Shown here: positions 21,498-31,639 of the stretch, piece by piece
How positions within the stretch are numbered: the stretch's first letter is position 1
How the letters are laid out: each line of letters begins with the position of its first letter
NCBI GenBank assembly: GCA_038087875.1
Contig: JAXLNO010003865.1
Coordinates: forward strand, 62,001 to 126,000
Source: Malacoraja senta
Lineage: Eukaryota
Length of the DNA stretch: 64,000 bases
Reading direction: 5' to 3'
Position numbers and translations under genes: made by a program
Notes under the pieces: generated by a model
Seen by the model: the letters and a program-made list of their open reading frames with translations, nothing else
The model's database searches: none
Told to the model about the DNA's origin: nothing

Positions 21498-23220
21498 GTG
21501 GGAAGACGAGGGGAGTAGAGGGAGGGGAGTGGAGAGGAGAGCAGGAGAGGGGAAGGTTGATGAGGGAAGGGATAGGAGAGGAGAAGGGGCGGAGGAGAAG
21601 ATAGGGGAGGTGTGTGGTGAGGAGGGGGGAGAGCAGAGGAGAGGGCAGTAGAGAGGTGGAGGAGAGAGAATAAGAGGAGAGGTGAAGAGAGAGGAGGGGA
21701 GGAGAGGCGAGGAGGGGAAGGAGAGCAGAGGAGAGGGGAAATGTGGGGGGGAGGGAGGTGGGGTGTTGATAGCAGAGGAGAGGAGGAGGGAGGAAACTGG
21801 AGTATAGGAGGAGAGGAGAAGGAAGGAGAGGAGAGGGGAAGGCACGAGACGAGGAGAGAAAAGAGCGGATAGGAGAGGGTGGGAGTGGAGATGGGAGCAG
21901 AGTTGAGGAAAGGCGTGGAAGGGATAGGGAGGAGGGGAGAGGAGAGGAAGAGAGGAGAGGAGAGAGGAGGAGAGGAAGGGATGGGGAAGCGAGGAGATGA
22001 GGAGGGGAGAGGCTGGTGAATGGGGAAGAGAAGAGAAGAGCAGAGGAGAGTGGAGATGAGGAGAGGAGCAGGAAGGAGAGGACAGTAGAAGGTAGGATAG
22101 GAAAATATATGAGAGAAAATGAGAAGAGAGTGGGAAAGAGCAGAGGGGGAGGATATAAGGGGCAGAACGAGGAGAGAGGTTTAGGAGGGTAGAGCGGAGA
22201 AGAGGGTAGGTGTGGAGAGGACAGGAGAAGATGGGAGGGGGAGGGTAAGGGAGAAGTGGAGGGGAGAAGAGCAGAGGAGTGGGAAGGAGTGTCGAGGGGA
22301 GGATAGGGGAAATGCGTGGAGAGTAGGGTAGAGGGGAGGGAAGGAGAGGAGAGGGGAGGAGAGGGGAGAGGGGAGGGGAGAGAAGAGGGGAGTAAGGAAG
22401 TGGGAGGGAAGGAGACAATCTATCACCTCCACATTACCTTTGGTTCTTGACTTGAGGAGGGGGGAGGGTGGAGGGGAGAGAAGAGGAGGGGAGGCAAGGA
22501 TGGTAGAGGGGACGGGAGAAGAGGAGAGGAGAGGGGATTGGAGGTGAGATGAGAGGAGAGCAAGATATCGGAGGGGAGAAGAGGTGAGGTAGAGGGGGAA
22601 AGGAAAGAGGAGGGGAGAGGACGAGAAGAGTAGGAGACGAGGAGAGCGGAGGACTGGAGAGTGGAGGAGGGGAGACGGGACGATGGGATGAGAGGAGAGG
22701 AGTTGGAAGAAGGGGGAGGAGAGTAGAGGAGTGAAGAGGGGAGGAGGGGAGAAGTGGGGAGTGGAGGTGGGATGAGAGGGAGGAGAGGAGAGGAGATCGG
22801 AGAAGGGAGAAGAATTGAGGATAGGGTAGGGGGAGAGGGGAGGGGAGGAGAGTGGAGGAGAGGAGAGGAAAGGGAAGAATGGGAGATGAGAAGAAAGTAA
22901 ATGTGAGGAGAAGAGAGGATTGGAGGGGAGAGGGGCGGAGCGGAAAGAGGAGAGGAAAGTAAAAGATGAAGAGAGAGAAGGGGCGGGGAGGAGCGCGAGG
23001 AGAATACAGAGGAGGGAGGAGAGGAGAGGAGAGGAGAGAAGAAGAGGTGAGGGGAGATGGGAGGGGAGAGAAGCGGAAAGTAGGGGAGGAGAGTGGAAAT
23101 GAGGAGAGAATAGACGAGAGGAGTGGAAAGGAGAGGAGACGGGAAAGGAGAGGAGAGGAAAGGAGAGGGTAGGAGATGGGCGGAGGAGGGGAGTGGAGAG
23201 AGGAGGTGTGGAGAGGAGAG
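21498..23220 (-). repeat. GA-rich polypurine tract (same family as the CT tracts, opposite strand)
   Basis: GGAGA/GAGGG low-complexity sequence. Contains a reverse-complement spacer GACAATCTATCACCTCCACATTACCTTTGG at about 22414-22443. Confidence 0.9.
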
Positions 23221-23748
23221 CTAGATAGCTAGCTAGACTGAGCACATACTGGATAACTAGATAGCTTGCTAGCCTGAGCCACATACTGGATAGCTATATA
23301 GCGACCTTGACTGGAACTACATAATGGATAGCTATGTAGCTAGCTAGATAGCTCTATACTGGAAAGCTTGGTAGCAAGCAAATTGAACTAATAGCTGGAT
23401 AGCTAGGTATGTAGCTAGACTGAGCGACATACCCGGATAAATAGACAGCTAGCTAGACCGAGCCACATACTGGATAGCTAGACAGCTAGCTAGACTGAGC
23501 ACATACTGGATTACAAGATAGCTAGCTAGCCTGAGCAACATACTGGATAGCTATATAGCGACCTTGATTGGAGCTACATATCTGAATAGCTTGGCAGCTA
23601 GCTAGATGGCTAAATATTGGATTGCAGGGATGCTAGCTGGATTGAAATACATACTTGGGTAGCTCGGTAGCTAGCTAGATTGAGGTACATATTGGATAGC
23701 TAGACGCTAGCTAGACTGAGTTACATACTGGATAGCTAGACAGCTAGT
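23215..23748 (+). repeat. AGCT-rich minisatellite, about 36-37-bp unit GCTAGCTAGACTGAGCCACATACTGGATAGCTAGACA
   Basis: Repeated CATACTGGATAGCTAG and GCTAGCTAGACTGAG motifs, roughly 14 degenerate units. Confidence 0.85.
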
Positions 23749-23866
23749 TCCTCTTGCAATTTGCTTTTAGTCCTAGATTCCAGCATCAGCTGTCTCTTGT
23801 ATCTCCTTTTTTTTTAAATAACCCAGTTATTGCTGATTATTATGATCAGCATTGATCTTTCCTTAC

Positions 23867-23928
23867 TTCAGTTCTATTTAGATTCATCCTTTGCATCAAT
23901 GTATTCAGTCATTGTTTGCCTTACTGAT
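23867..23928 (-). pseudogene. PRDM9: PRDM9-like short SET exon, degraded
   Basis: tttttttag|ATC AGT AAG GC AAA CAA TGA CT GAA TAC ATT GAT GCA AAG GAT GAA TCT AAA TAG AAC TGA A|gtaagg gives ISK..KQ..EYIDAKDESK*N*, compared with human [23 protein letters not shown]. Confidence 0.8.
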
Positions 23929-24624
23929 CTAAAAAAAGATATTTGGTTAAAAAAAACATATTGATAAAGAAAATAAACATAAGGCTTACACAGTTCGCAG
24001 TATCATGCCTTCAACTAACTACCACAACCTATTTTACTTAATTACACTTTTATATCAGAGAACTCCAAAATTCCTGCGAATGAAATCAAATGGCAAAGAA
24101 ACTTAATAATATAATAAATATTTAGTACAATTTCAAGGAGCTTTGTCGGGTTGTAATAGCTTCTTTAATTTGGTAATGTCACTGTTCTAATGATTTCTTA
24201 CTGGTCAGAAATATTTAATTCATTCTCAAACAAGGACGTCAGAAATCAGGGTGAAAAAGGGGCGGAAGGGCTGATAGGAGATGGAGCACTGATTTAGCTC
24301 AGAGATTGGGTGAGGGAGAGGAATGCCAGTCTGAGCAGTGAAGTGAGAATCACTGGAACAGAAGAGAGGGACAAAGAGCACAGAGGCTTCAGTCTCTATT
24401 CACATTGACAACCAAATGAAAATGGAAACATGTAATTAAGAATCTAAGAAAATATTTTCAGTTAGCTTTGAACTGTGTCTTTATTAGTAAGAAACTTGAT
24501 TACAATCTTTAAAATGCAAAATAATTCAGCTACCAAAAATTTGTAATTAAAACAGAGAATACAGGAGATACCCAGCAAGACAGACAGCATCTGTGTGGGA
24601 CAAAACACAGCTCACATTTCAGGA

Positions 24625-25456
24625 AGTGGTGGCGCCTAACGGCAGCGGCTCGACTGCAGTCCGTCTGTCTTTGTTTTATTTTTGTCTAGTTGAATGTAGT
24701 TGGTTGTGTTTTTTCTACTGTTTTTGATTGTGTATGTGTGGGTGGCGGGGCGGGAGGGGAAAGCTTTGGAGGTCTCTTCCCTGCGAGGAAGACCCGACCT
24801 TTTCCATATCGGGTCTCCGTTGTCGTTGGGGCCTAGCTCCGTGGAGCGGCCTCCGACCGGGACGACCTGGGGGCTCCAGTCGCGGAGCCTGTGGAGCTGG
24901 GGACTTACCATCGTGAGGCTGGCCGTCCTCGGAGCGTGAGGAGCGGTGGTGGCTCGCTGCTGCGGCCCGACTACGGAGCTCCAGCTGCAGCTGCAGACCC
25001 GTGGACTGTGACATCGGGAGCTCGCGGGTTCGGGTGAGAGACCGCTTTCCGGAGCTCCCGCAACGCAACTTCTCCCGCCCGTGTCGCGGGGTTGGAACGA
25101 CACGGAGCGGGGCCGTAAATCGCCCGGCGCGGCTTAATGGCCGCGGGGTCAGTCCAGTGCCCGCCGGCGGCTCCAACTTGGTGACTTTTGGGCCCCGAGC
25201 GAGGCCGTGCACCGCCCGGCGCGGCCTCAACGGCCGTGGGACTTGACGTTGCCCGCCTGGGGCTTCAACATCGGGAGGAGAATGGGGAGTGCAGGGGAGA
25301 GAAATGACTTTGCCTTCCATCACAGTGAGGAGGAGATTCACTGTGATGGATGTTTCTCTGTAGATTTAATTGTTTGTGTTTCGTGCAGGAATTGTTTTGT
25401 TTGTATGGCTGTGGAAACGGAGTTTCGTTTGAGCCTCTTTGAGGTTCAAATGACAT
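24625..25456 (+). mobile_element. GC-rich non-autonomous retroelement-like repeat with 3' stem-loop
   Basis: Starts AGTGGTGGCGCC, then T-rich linker, GC-rich body, perfect 13-bp stem TCCATCACAGTGA/TCACTGTGATGGA (25316-25350), ending ...CAAATGACA. Lies in a PRDM9-like intron. Confidence 0.6.
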
Positions 25457-25545
25457 TAGAATCGAATCAGGATGATAATCTTTCATCAACAAATGTTATC
25501 AAACCTGTTGAGCATTTTCCATTATTAACTATTGTAGTGACTTAC

Positions 25546-25811
25546 TATCCATGAATATCCACTGACAGCAGTTTCTTCTTCACTTGAAGCCTCTCCTTCA
25601 TAGGATCCAAAGTGAATGCCCCTGAGAAGACCCATTCCCTTCATTCCAGACGTCAAGACCAGCTTTACGAATTTTGGACGGGGCAATACTGAGACCCTCT
25701 GGAAGAGTGCTCTAGCTGAGTGATTGGAATTAACGACAAAGTCCTTCATAAAGGCTGGTGGGTCATGCACAGGGCATTCTTCAATTAAAAATGTCTCGCA
25801 GGCTTCGCCAA
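25546..25811 (-). pseudogene. PRDM9: PRDM9-like zinc-knuckle/PR-SET N-terminal exon (266 bp) with two offsetting frameshifts
   Basis: gttttag|...ATA|gtaagt. Reads GEACETFLIEECPVHDPPAFMKDFVVNSNHSARALF / alternative frame PEGLSIAPSKIRKAGLDVWNEGNG / LLRGIHFGSYEGEASSEEETAVSGYSWI, compared with human [90 protein letters not shown]. Confidence 0.92.
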
Positions 25812-26024
25812 CTAAAACGGAAAATACAAAATAAGAACAAATCAGGGTGTTGGCGTTATTGGTTAATGTTAAAAGTAAAATTAGTTCATGAGCAAACACA
25901 AGTCAGTGCTGTTGAATTGGAATGTTCCACCATTGCCTTGGTTACCATGCACCGTGCCATCACTACAATGCTCCCAATGAAATATGGTTGCTCTGAAGAA
26001 ATTGATTGGTTACTTTGGACATAC

Positions 26025-26142
26025 AAAGGTAATCGTCATCACGGAGCTCCCTTTATTCTGTGTAAATTATCCTCTTCTTATTTCTTAGAAAGAAAGCCAA
26101 AAAAAACCTAAGTACGTGTTTCAAGTCAGATAAGTGGTTAAA
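26025..26142 (-). pseudogene. PRDM9: PRDM9-like SSXRD-end exon with in-frame stop
   Basis: Ends CTA AGA AAT AAG AAG AGG ATA ATT TAC ACA GAA TAA AGG GAG CTC CGT GAT GAC GAT TAC CTT T|gtatgt = LRNKKRIIYTE*RELRDDDYL, compared with human [21 protein letters not shown]. Acceptor (ttttacag at 26143) is less certain. Confidence 0.8.
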
Positions 26143-26301
26143 CTGTAAAATATGGACGTTACTTACATAATATGCAACATATTCTATGAATTGAATTTAA
26201 TTGACATGTTGGCAGTCAGAAGGTCATTATCTCATCTCAATTATTTACTGTAATGTACAGGAGACACTCATTTTGAGTTTTACTTTTACAAACAGAATTA
26301 C

Positions 26302-26381
26302 CTGTTGCTTTTTTGATTCTTTTAACCAACACTGTGTCTTTATTTCATTTCCTGAGTGGCTCCTCCCAAATATTTTATGAC
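26302..26381 (-). pseudogene. Candidate PRDM9-like linker exon
   Basis: cattacag|GT CAT...CAA CAG|gtaatt, open frame, ends in phase 0, compatible with the next exon. No diagnostic motif. Confidence 0.3.
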
Positions 26382-26461
26382 CTGTAATGAGACAATTTGG
26401 TGCAAACTGTGATTCATAAGGACACAAATAAATTGTTTCTACTTCTTGGTTATTTCCACCA

Positions 26462-27180
26462 GGATCGCCGTACGATAGTAGCCTCACCAACAGTCTGTCT
26501 GTCTTTTCATTTTTTTGTTATTTTTAGTGAGTTGTAAAAGTATGTGTTAATGTTCCCTGCTTTGTTTTAGGTGGGGTGGGGTGGGGGGAAACATTTTGTC
26601 AATCTCCTACCTTGCCGGAGATGCGATTGTTTTCCGGATCATCTGCGGCCTAACACCATGGAGCTGGAGGCCTTAATCTGGACTGACTTTGAGCCCCACC
26701 ACGGGGTGATGGACTTGCCATTGGAGCCGATCCCTTGCCTGGGATCGATGCTCCAAATGCAGCCTGCAGATTTCACCATCGAGGAGCTCACATCTCGGGT
26801 AGAGACCGATGTTGGCAGAAGGTTTCGACCAGCCCCGACCCGGGGTCAGATCACCCAGCGCCGGGGAGCTGAGATTCCCCCCAATGCAGGGGCTTGATTG
26901 CCCTGATGCGGAGGACCCGACCACTGGCTACGGGAGCCAAGATCGCACCATCAACGGAAGGCTCGTGGCCCCTGACGGCGGGAGAACAAAGAAGGGAAGA
27001 GATTGAACATTTTTTCGCCTTCCATCACAGTGAGGAATGGGGAGGAGTCACTGTGATGGGTGTTTATGTTAAAATGTATTTTGTGTGTTCTGTTGCTTTT
27101 TATTGCTATGACTGTATGGCAAATGAAATTCTTCGTATGTTGCAAAATATACTTGGCTAATAAAGTATGATTATGATAAT
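26462..27180 (+). mobile_element. Related non-autonomous retroelement-like repeat with 3' stem-loop
   Basis: Same layout as 24625-25456. 12-bp stem CCATCACAGTGA/TCACTGTGATGG (27022-27059). Ends GGCTAATAAAGTATGATTATGATAA. Confidence 0.6.
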
Positions 27181-27794
27181 TTCTTCCATCGTATTATTAA
27201 CTGGGATACAACTAAATTACTAATAAATGCAGTCACTGCCTAGTGTGCAATATTTCAGTGATTTCTCACCTTTCATACTCTACTCTAAAAGGAAGTTTGA
27301 TATTGTCAACAAATGTAGGAAAATGTGGGAACAATTGACCCTCTTTGAACAATAAAAATATATTTGTGAATGTAAGTGTTTGATCCATTGAATCCCAGGA
27401 CTGAAAGCTAAGAACAACTGATACCTAGCTGAGCCAGACAACAAGTGTCACGTTTATTCCAGAAGCCCCTTTTACATACATTCTCAACAATCATAACCAG
27501 TGTGTACATAAAGCCAATTACTGCCTCTGACCTTGGAGTTGTTATTGAGCTCTTGTGGCTGGACCTTTTTGTGAGGCTGCTGGCGAGTCGCCAGCGGTGA
27601 TAGGCTGCATGAAGAACCAACGTGGGCGTGAAGGTGCCACATTAGCTCCTCACTCCAACAGCAGTGAGAACGATTTTTCTAAAAAGCAGTTACTTCTATC
27701 TTGTAGAAAATAAAATGCGAATATAGAGCCACTCTGTTAATTCATAAAAGCGTATTCTCACGTCCTTTATTCTGGGAATCATTTCTGCTCTTAC

Positions 27795-27865
27795 ATTTAT
27801 GACAAGCTTTCTTTCGGTATTCTTGCCATTTTCATTCTTAAAAGGAGGCCTAAAGATTCTGACTC
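27795..27865 (-). pseudogene. Candidate PRDM9-like linker exon
   Basis: cctaag|GA GTC AGA ATC TTT AGG CCT CCT TTT...ATA AAT|gtaaga gives xVRIFRPPFKNENGKNTERKLVIN. Position and the RPPF motif fit the KPPW exon, but similarity is weak. Confidence 0.35.
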
Positions 27866-28195
27866 CTTAGGGAAAAAAGTGCCACATCAGTGCTGCTTTG
27901 GAAAAATACAGACTGTATCTCTTTTCGGCGATTCTGGATATATTAATATATTTGAGTTAAACATGGAAGCAGCATACCACAAAAGTAAAAATTAGGAAAA
28001 GTAAATTTGCACTTCATGAATAACACATTGGGAAAAGTTATTACATTTACCAAGTATCCCACCACTCCAACGATAAGTATAAAATCTCTCTTGCAACAGA
28101 TTCCATAGGCTAATGGCCAAATTGATTTGAATCAATTATATTTGAAAAACAATTATATATTTCAAACAAATTTAAATCAAGTTTTGGATTTTTTG

Positions 28196-28303
28196 TCAGA
28201 AGTTTAGGTGTCCAATCCTCATCTGAATCGCTAGATTCGCATACTTGGGTTTGATTCCTTCTGCTTCAATTTGTCACGAATTCTGGCTTTGGTACATTCA
28301 ATC
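28196..28303 (-). pseudogene. PRDM9: PRDM9-like post-KRAB exon with in-frame stop
   Basis: ttcacag|GA TTG..., phase 1. Translates (G)LNVPKPEFVTN*SRRNQTQVCESSDSDEDWTPKLL, compared with human [36 protein letters not shown]. Donor not identified, so the 3' end is approximate. Confidence 0.85.
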
Positions 28304-28650
28304 CTGTGAAAAATAAAAGATTGTCTTAATCTGTTATGGCTAACTTCATTAAACTTACCCGTGCAAAATATCTGTGGATACATCACTTTGCAATGTTTGT
28401 CATTATAACTATTTCCTTCAGAGTATTCGTGCTATTATTCAATTGATCATGTCTACTTGACGAAGACAGCAAACAACCTTAAAATTATTTTACAGATTTA
28501 AAGAAAAATCGACCAGCATGAAGAATATGATGGATGAGTATGTGTATATTTCCAGGTCAGAAATCGCAATGACCAATCTTTCAGTTTCACTCATCTCTGT
28601 GGTAAGTGAAATAGATCAGAATCCTTCTTTCCATTCCTCCAGGTTTAAAG

Positions 28651-29410
28651 TAATAGACAATAGACAATAGGTGCAGGAGTAGGCCATACGGCCCTTCAAG
28701 CCTGCACCGCCATTCATTATGATCATGGCTGATCGTCCACAATCAGTACCCCGTTCCTGCCTTCTCCCCATATCCCCTGATTCCGCTATCTGCAAGAGCC
28801 CTAGCTAGCTCTTTCTTGAAAGTTTCCAGAGAAACCGCTTCCACCGCCCTCTGAGGCAGTGAATTCCACAGACTCATAATTCTCTGTGTGAAAAAAGTGT
28901 TTCCCTATCTCCGTTCTAAATGGATTACCCCTTATTTTTAAACTGTGCCCCTGGTTCTGGACTCCCCCAACTTCGGGAACAGGTTTCCTGCCTCTAGCGT
29001 GTCCAACCCTTAATAATCTTATGTTTCAATAAGATTCATCCTTCTAAATTCCAGTGTATACAAGTCCAGCCACTGCATTCTCTCAGCATACGAGTCCCGC
29101 CATCCCTGGAATTAATCTTGTGAACCTACACTGCACTCTCTCAATAGCAAGAATGTCCTTCCTTAAATTTGGAGACCAAAACTGCACACAATTCTCCAGA
29201 TGTGATCTCACTAGGGCTCTGTACAGCTGCAGAATTACCTCTTTAGTTCTATATTCCTCCTCTTGTTATGACGGGCAACATATAATTCGCTTTCGTCCCT
29301 GCCTGCTGTAGCAGAATGCTTACTTTCATTGAATGATGAACAAGGACCCACAGATCCCGTTGTACTTCTCCTTTTCCCAACATGACACAATTTAAATGAT
29401 AATGGCTCAT
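28651..29410 (-). mobile_element. CR1 LINE 3' portion, 5'-truncated
   Basis: Reverse complement of the same region as 19890-20620 (GGAAAAGGAGAAGTACAACGGGATCTG..., GCCCTAGTGAGATCACATCTGGAG...). (AATAGAC)n tail at 28651-28670. Confidence 0.9.
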
Positions 29411-30339
29411 TATTGCTGCATGCACTGACAGGGACACTTTGTGCCATGGTTGGGTAAATGGATTGAATAATGAAAAACCAGGGCAATCCTCCTCTTCATC
29501 AATGCGAATATTGATCTCTGTCCAATTTCTGATTTCAGGACTGTGACTAGTTGCAACATTAAAAAGCATAACTGGGCCCCATTGTCTATGGGTTTGTATT
29601 ATCCATGGTCACCATCTTCTGAATGACATGACGCTTTGGTATTGGTTGTATAGTTAGACCAATTTGAGATCACTGATGGGAAGTTTTGAATGGTGGTAAG
29701 GAACCTCACCAGGAGGAATTAGTAATTAGAAGCAAAACTGTACATATCCTGCTGCCAATAATCTGGGACTAATCACAAGCCTGCTGGGTGTGCCCATTTC
29801 ATCAAAAGTGGCAATACAAATCTTACGGGTTGACACACCTTGACTTCACAAGGCATTAATATCTCAGGCAGGAGTTTATGTCTTGGGAGCTTTCCAATTT
29901 TCCAATGTGTGCACATAAAAATGTGGGCAGGAACAGATACAGCAACATTTAATTCTAAACATTATCTTTCAGACATTTGTTTATTGATCTAAATAAGGGC
30001 ATCACAGGCAGAGCGGGCATTTCCTGTTCTTTCCATATTGCCCCTTGTGTGACATGGAGCAGAACGTGGAGAATGTTGTGCTTCCATGCACCCATTGCAC
30101 TCAATCTTTATGGTGTAGAGGCCACAGATTTGGGATATGTTGTTATAGAAGTCTTACCACAAAAAAATCCAGTGCATTATGGAGATAAATAACAGTGCAT
30201 TTCAATGAATTGATTTCAGAGAACGAGATCACCGGGGATTCATAGCTGTGAGTGTTCAAGAAGAAGCCAATAGAAGTTATGTTATCAATGAACAGGAATG
30301 TTCAATATCCTCAGATAAATTGTCAAAGTAAACCCATGG

Positions 30340-30620
30340 AGTGACCGAGTGGTGGCGCCATCGAGTGTGGCAGCCTCGCCAGCAGCTTTCACCCTTTTTG
30401 TTATTATTAGTCTGTCAAAAAGTATCTGTTTTGCAAGTCTTTTAGTCTTTTTTATGCGGGGGATGGGGGGGGGGGGATAGTGGAAACTGTTTCCCAGACA
30501 CTTCATATTAAATTCTATAGTATTGTGTTCAATTCATTTTATTTGTGTGGCTGTATTGTAACTCACATTTCACTGCACGAATTGGTGTATGTGACAAAAA
30601 ATGCAACTTGAACTTGAAAT
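30340..30620 (+). mobile_element. Internally deleted repeat of the AGTGGTGGCGCC family
   Basis: 5' end GAGTGGTGGCGCC, T-rich linker and G-run as in 24625 and 26462. Tail GTGACAAAAAATGCAACTTGAACTTGA. Confidence 0.45.
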
Positions 30621-30749
30621 GGAAGGATCTAACCAAGGTCCTGGTCTCAGAAAGCACATATTAATTTAGTTTTCACGTGAGGAAAAAAACTTATGTCAGC
30701 ATGCATCATGAGAAAAGTATAAAAAAGGTATAAAATATTTTGTACAAAC

Positions 30750-30873
30750 CAATGGCAAGCATGGCTTCATAATTCAGCTTCACTTTCCTATAACGGAGCT
30801 TCTCCAAGTCAATTATTTATTCAAACTCTTCATTGGGAAAGTAGCCAGCAATGTCGTCAAAATGGCCAGCATC
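30750..30873 (-). pseudogene. PRDM9: PRDM9-like KRAB exon (124 bp) with in-frame stop
   Basis: tttccag|...|gtttgt. Translates DAGHFDDIAGYFPNEEFE*IIDLEKLRYRKVKLNYEAMLAI(G), compared with human PRDM9 [42 protein letters not shown]. Confidence 0.9.
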
Positions 30874-31339
30874 CTGGAAAAACAAAAAATGTACCTGATA
30901 CACTTTGGTGCATAATCTGCAATCATCAGATATTAATTCAAAAACAGATTTAAAAATATCCTTTTTATTTAATACAGGACAATTCCAGGATTAAAAAATC
31001 ACGACTTAAATTAAAGGGTAATTTCTTCAGGACAGAAATGAGACATTTCTTCACTAAGAATATAAAAAGTTTTTTTTCTGGGGTTGAAATAAATCAGCTT
31101 TTAATTGCATTCCAGCAAGATCAAAACATTATCGATTCCAAGAAGTAAACTGCTGCAAAACCACTATTGTAAAAATGAATAAATTGTCAGAGATATTCAG
31201 CAGGCCAGGCAGCAGCTGTGGAGGTAGAAGCTGAGTGAATGTTTCAGGTTAATATTCTTTCTTCGCAGCTGGGGAAAGTTGTCAGATGGAGACAAACTAG
31301 AAAGATGGGGAGATGGTCTGAATGGCCTCAGTCCCAGAT

Positions 31340-31487
31340 CAATATTAATGTCAGTGACCCACTCCAGAGCCCAGGGAACTAACTCATCCACTCCTCACTG
31401 ACACCAATCTCTGGGGTTGTGATGGTCTGAGAAGGAGCAACAGCATCTTCCCCGTTCCCAGGCCGTGGAGAGAGAGGAGATTTATGC
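31340..31487 (-). other. Degenerate TATA plus Leu-rich leader-like exon, minus-strand copy
   Basis: Minus strand: CATAAAT (31486-31480), ATG at 31446, ATG CTG TTG CTC CTT CTC AGA CCA TCA CAA..., GTGAGG donor-like motif. Inverted paralog of 32001-32130. Confidence 0.55.
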
Positions 31488-31639
31488 GGCATTTTCTGCC
31501 TGCTCGCTCTCCATGTCAAAGCTGCCTGGACTCTCACCTCTGAGCCCTGCGTCCCACACATGGTCTTGTCTCCTTCAGCAGTTCCTCCTGAGGGTCTCCC
31601 TTCCTGAGCTCAGACTCCCACTTCTCCTCACCTACACAC

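Larger units (their letters stand above)
23867..30873 (-). pseudogene. PRDM9: PRDM9-like multi-exon pseudogene (KRAB - linker - SSXRD end - zinc knuckle/PR-SET N-half)
   Basis: Five exons match the PRDM9 peptide and exon order on one strand. Splice sites are canonical except for an unlocated donor at about 28196 and a degraded donor at about 23867. The exons carry stops or frameshifts. No SET C-terminal exon or C2H2 array was found downstream. Confidence 0.88.

Noticed and set aside
20677-23284. Long 260-370 aa Pro/Ser/Leu or Arg/Gly/Glu ORFs
   Set aside because: CT/GA low-complexity DNA lacks stop codons by composition.
15053-25811. In-frame PRDM9-MHC alpha3 chimeric transcript
   Set aside because: The last PRDM9-like exons end in phase 0 (25546) and ancestrally phase 2 (about 23867), whereas the alpha3 exon starts in phase 1. 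All parts carry stops.
25758-26111. 117-aa plus-strand ORF, and the plus/minus ORFs at 24636-25554 and 26571-27160
   Set aside because: Antisense to PRDM9-like exons or inside GC-rich repeats, with no motif support.
28359-28477. Minus-strand AG...GTAAG segment as a candidate PRDM9 exon
   Set aside because: Stops in all three frames, no similarity to PRDM9, and only a 55-bp gap to the next exon. The true KRAB exon is at 30750-30873.
28628-28645. Minus-strand EEWKE peptide resembling the KRAB EEW motif
   Set aside because: The flanking residues do not match KRAB, and a stop follows three codons later.
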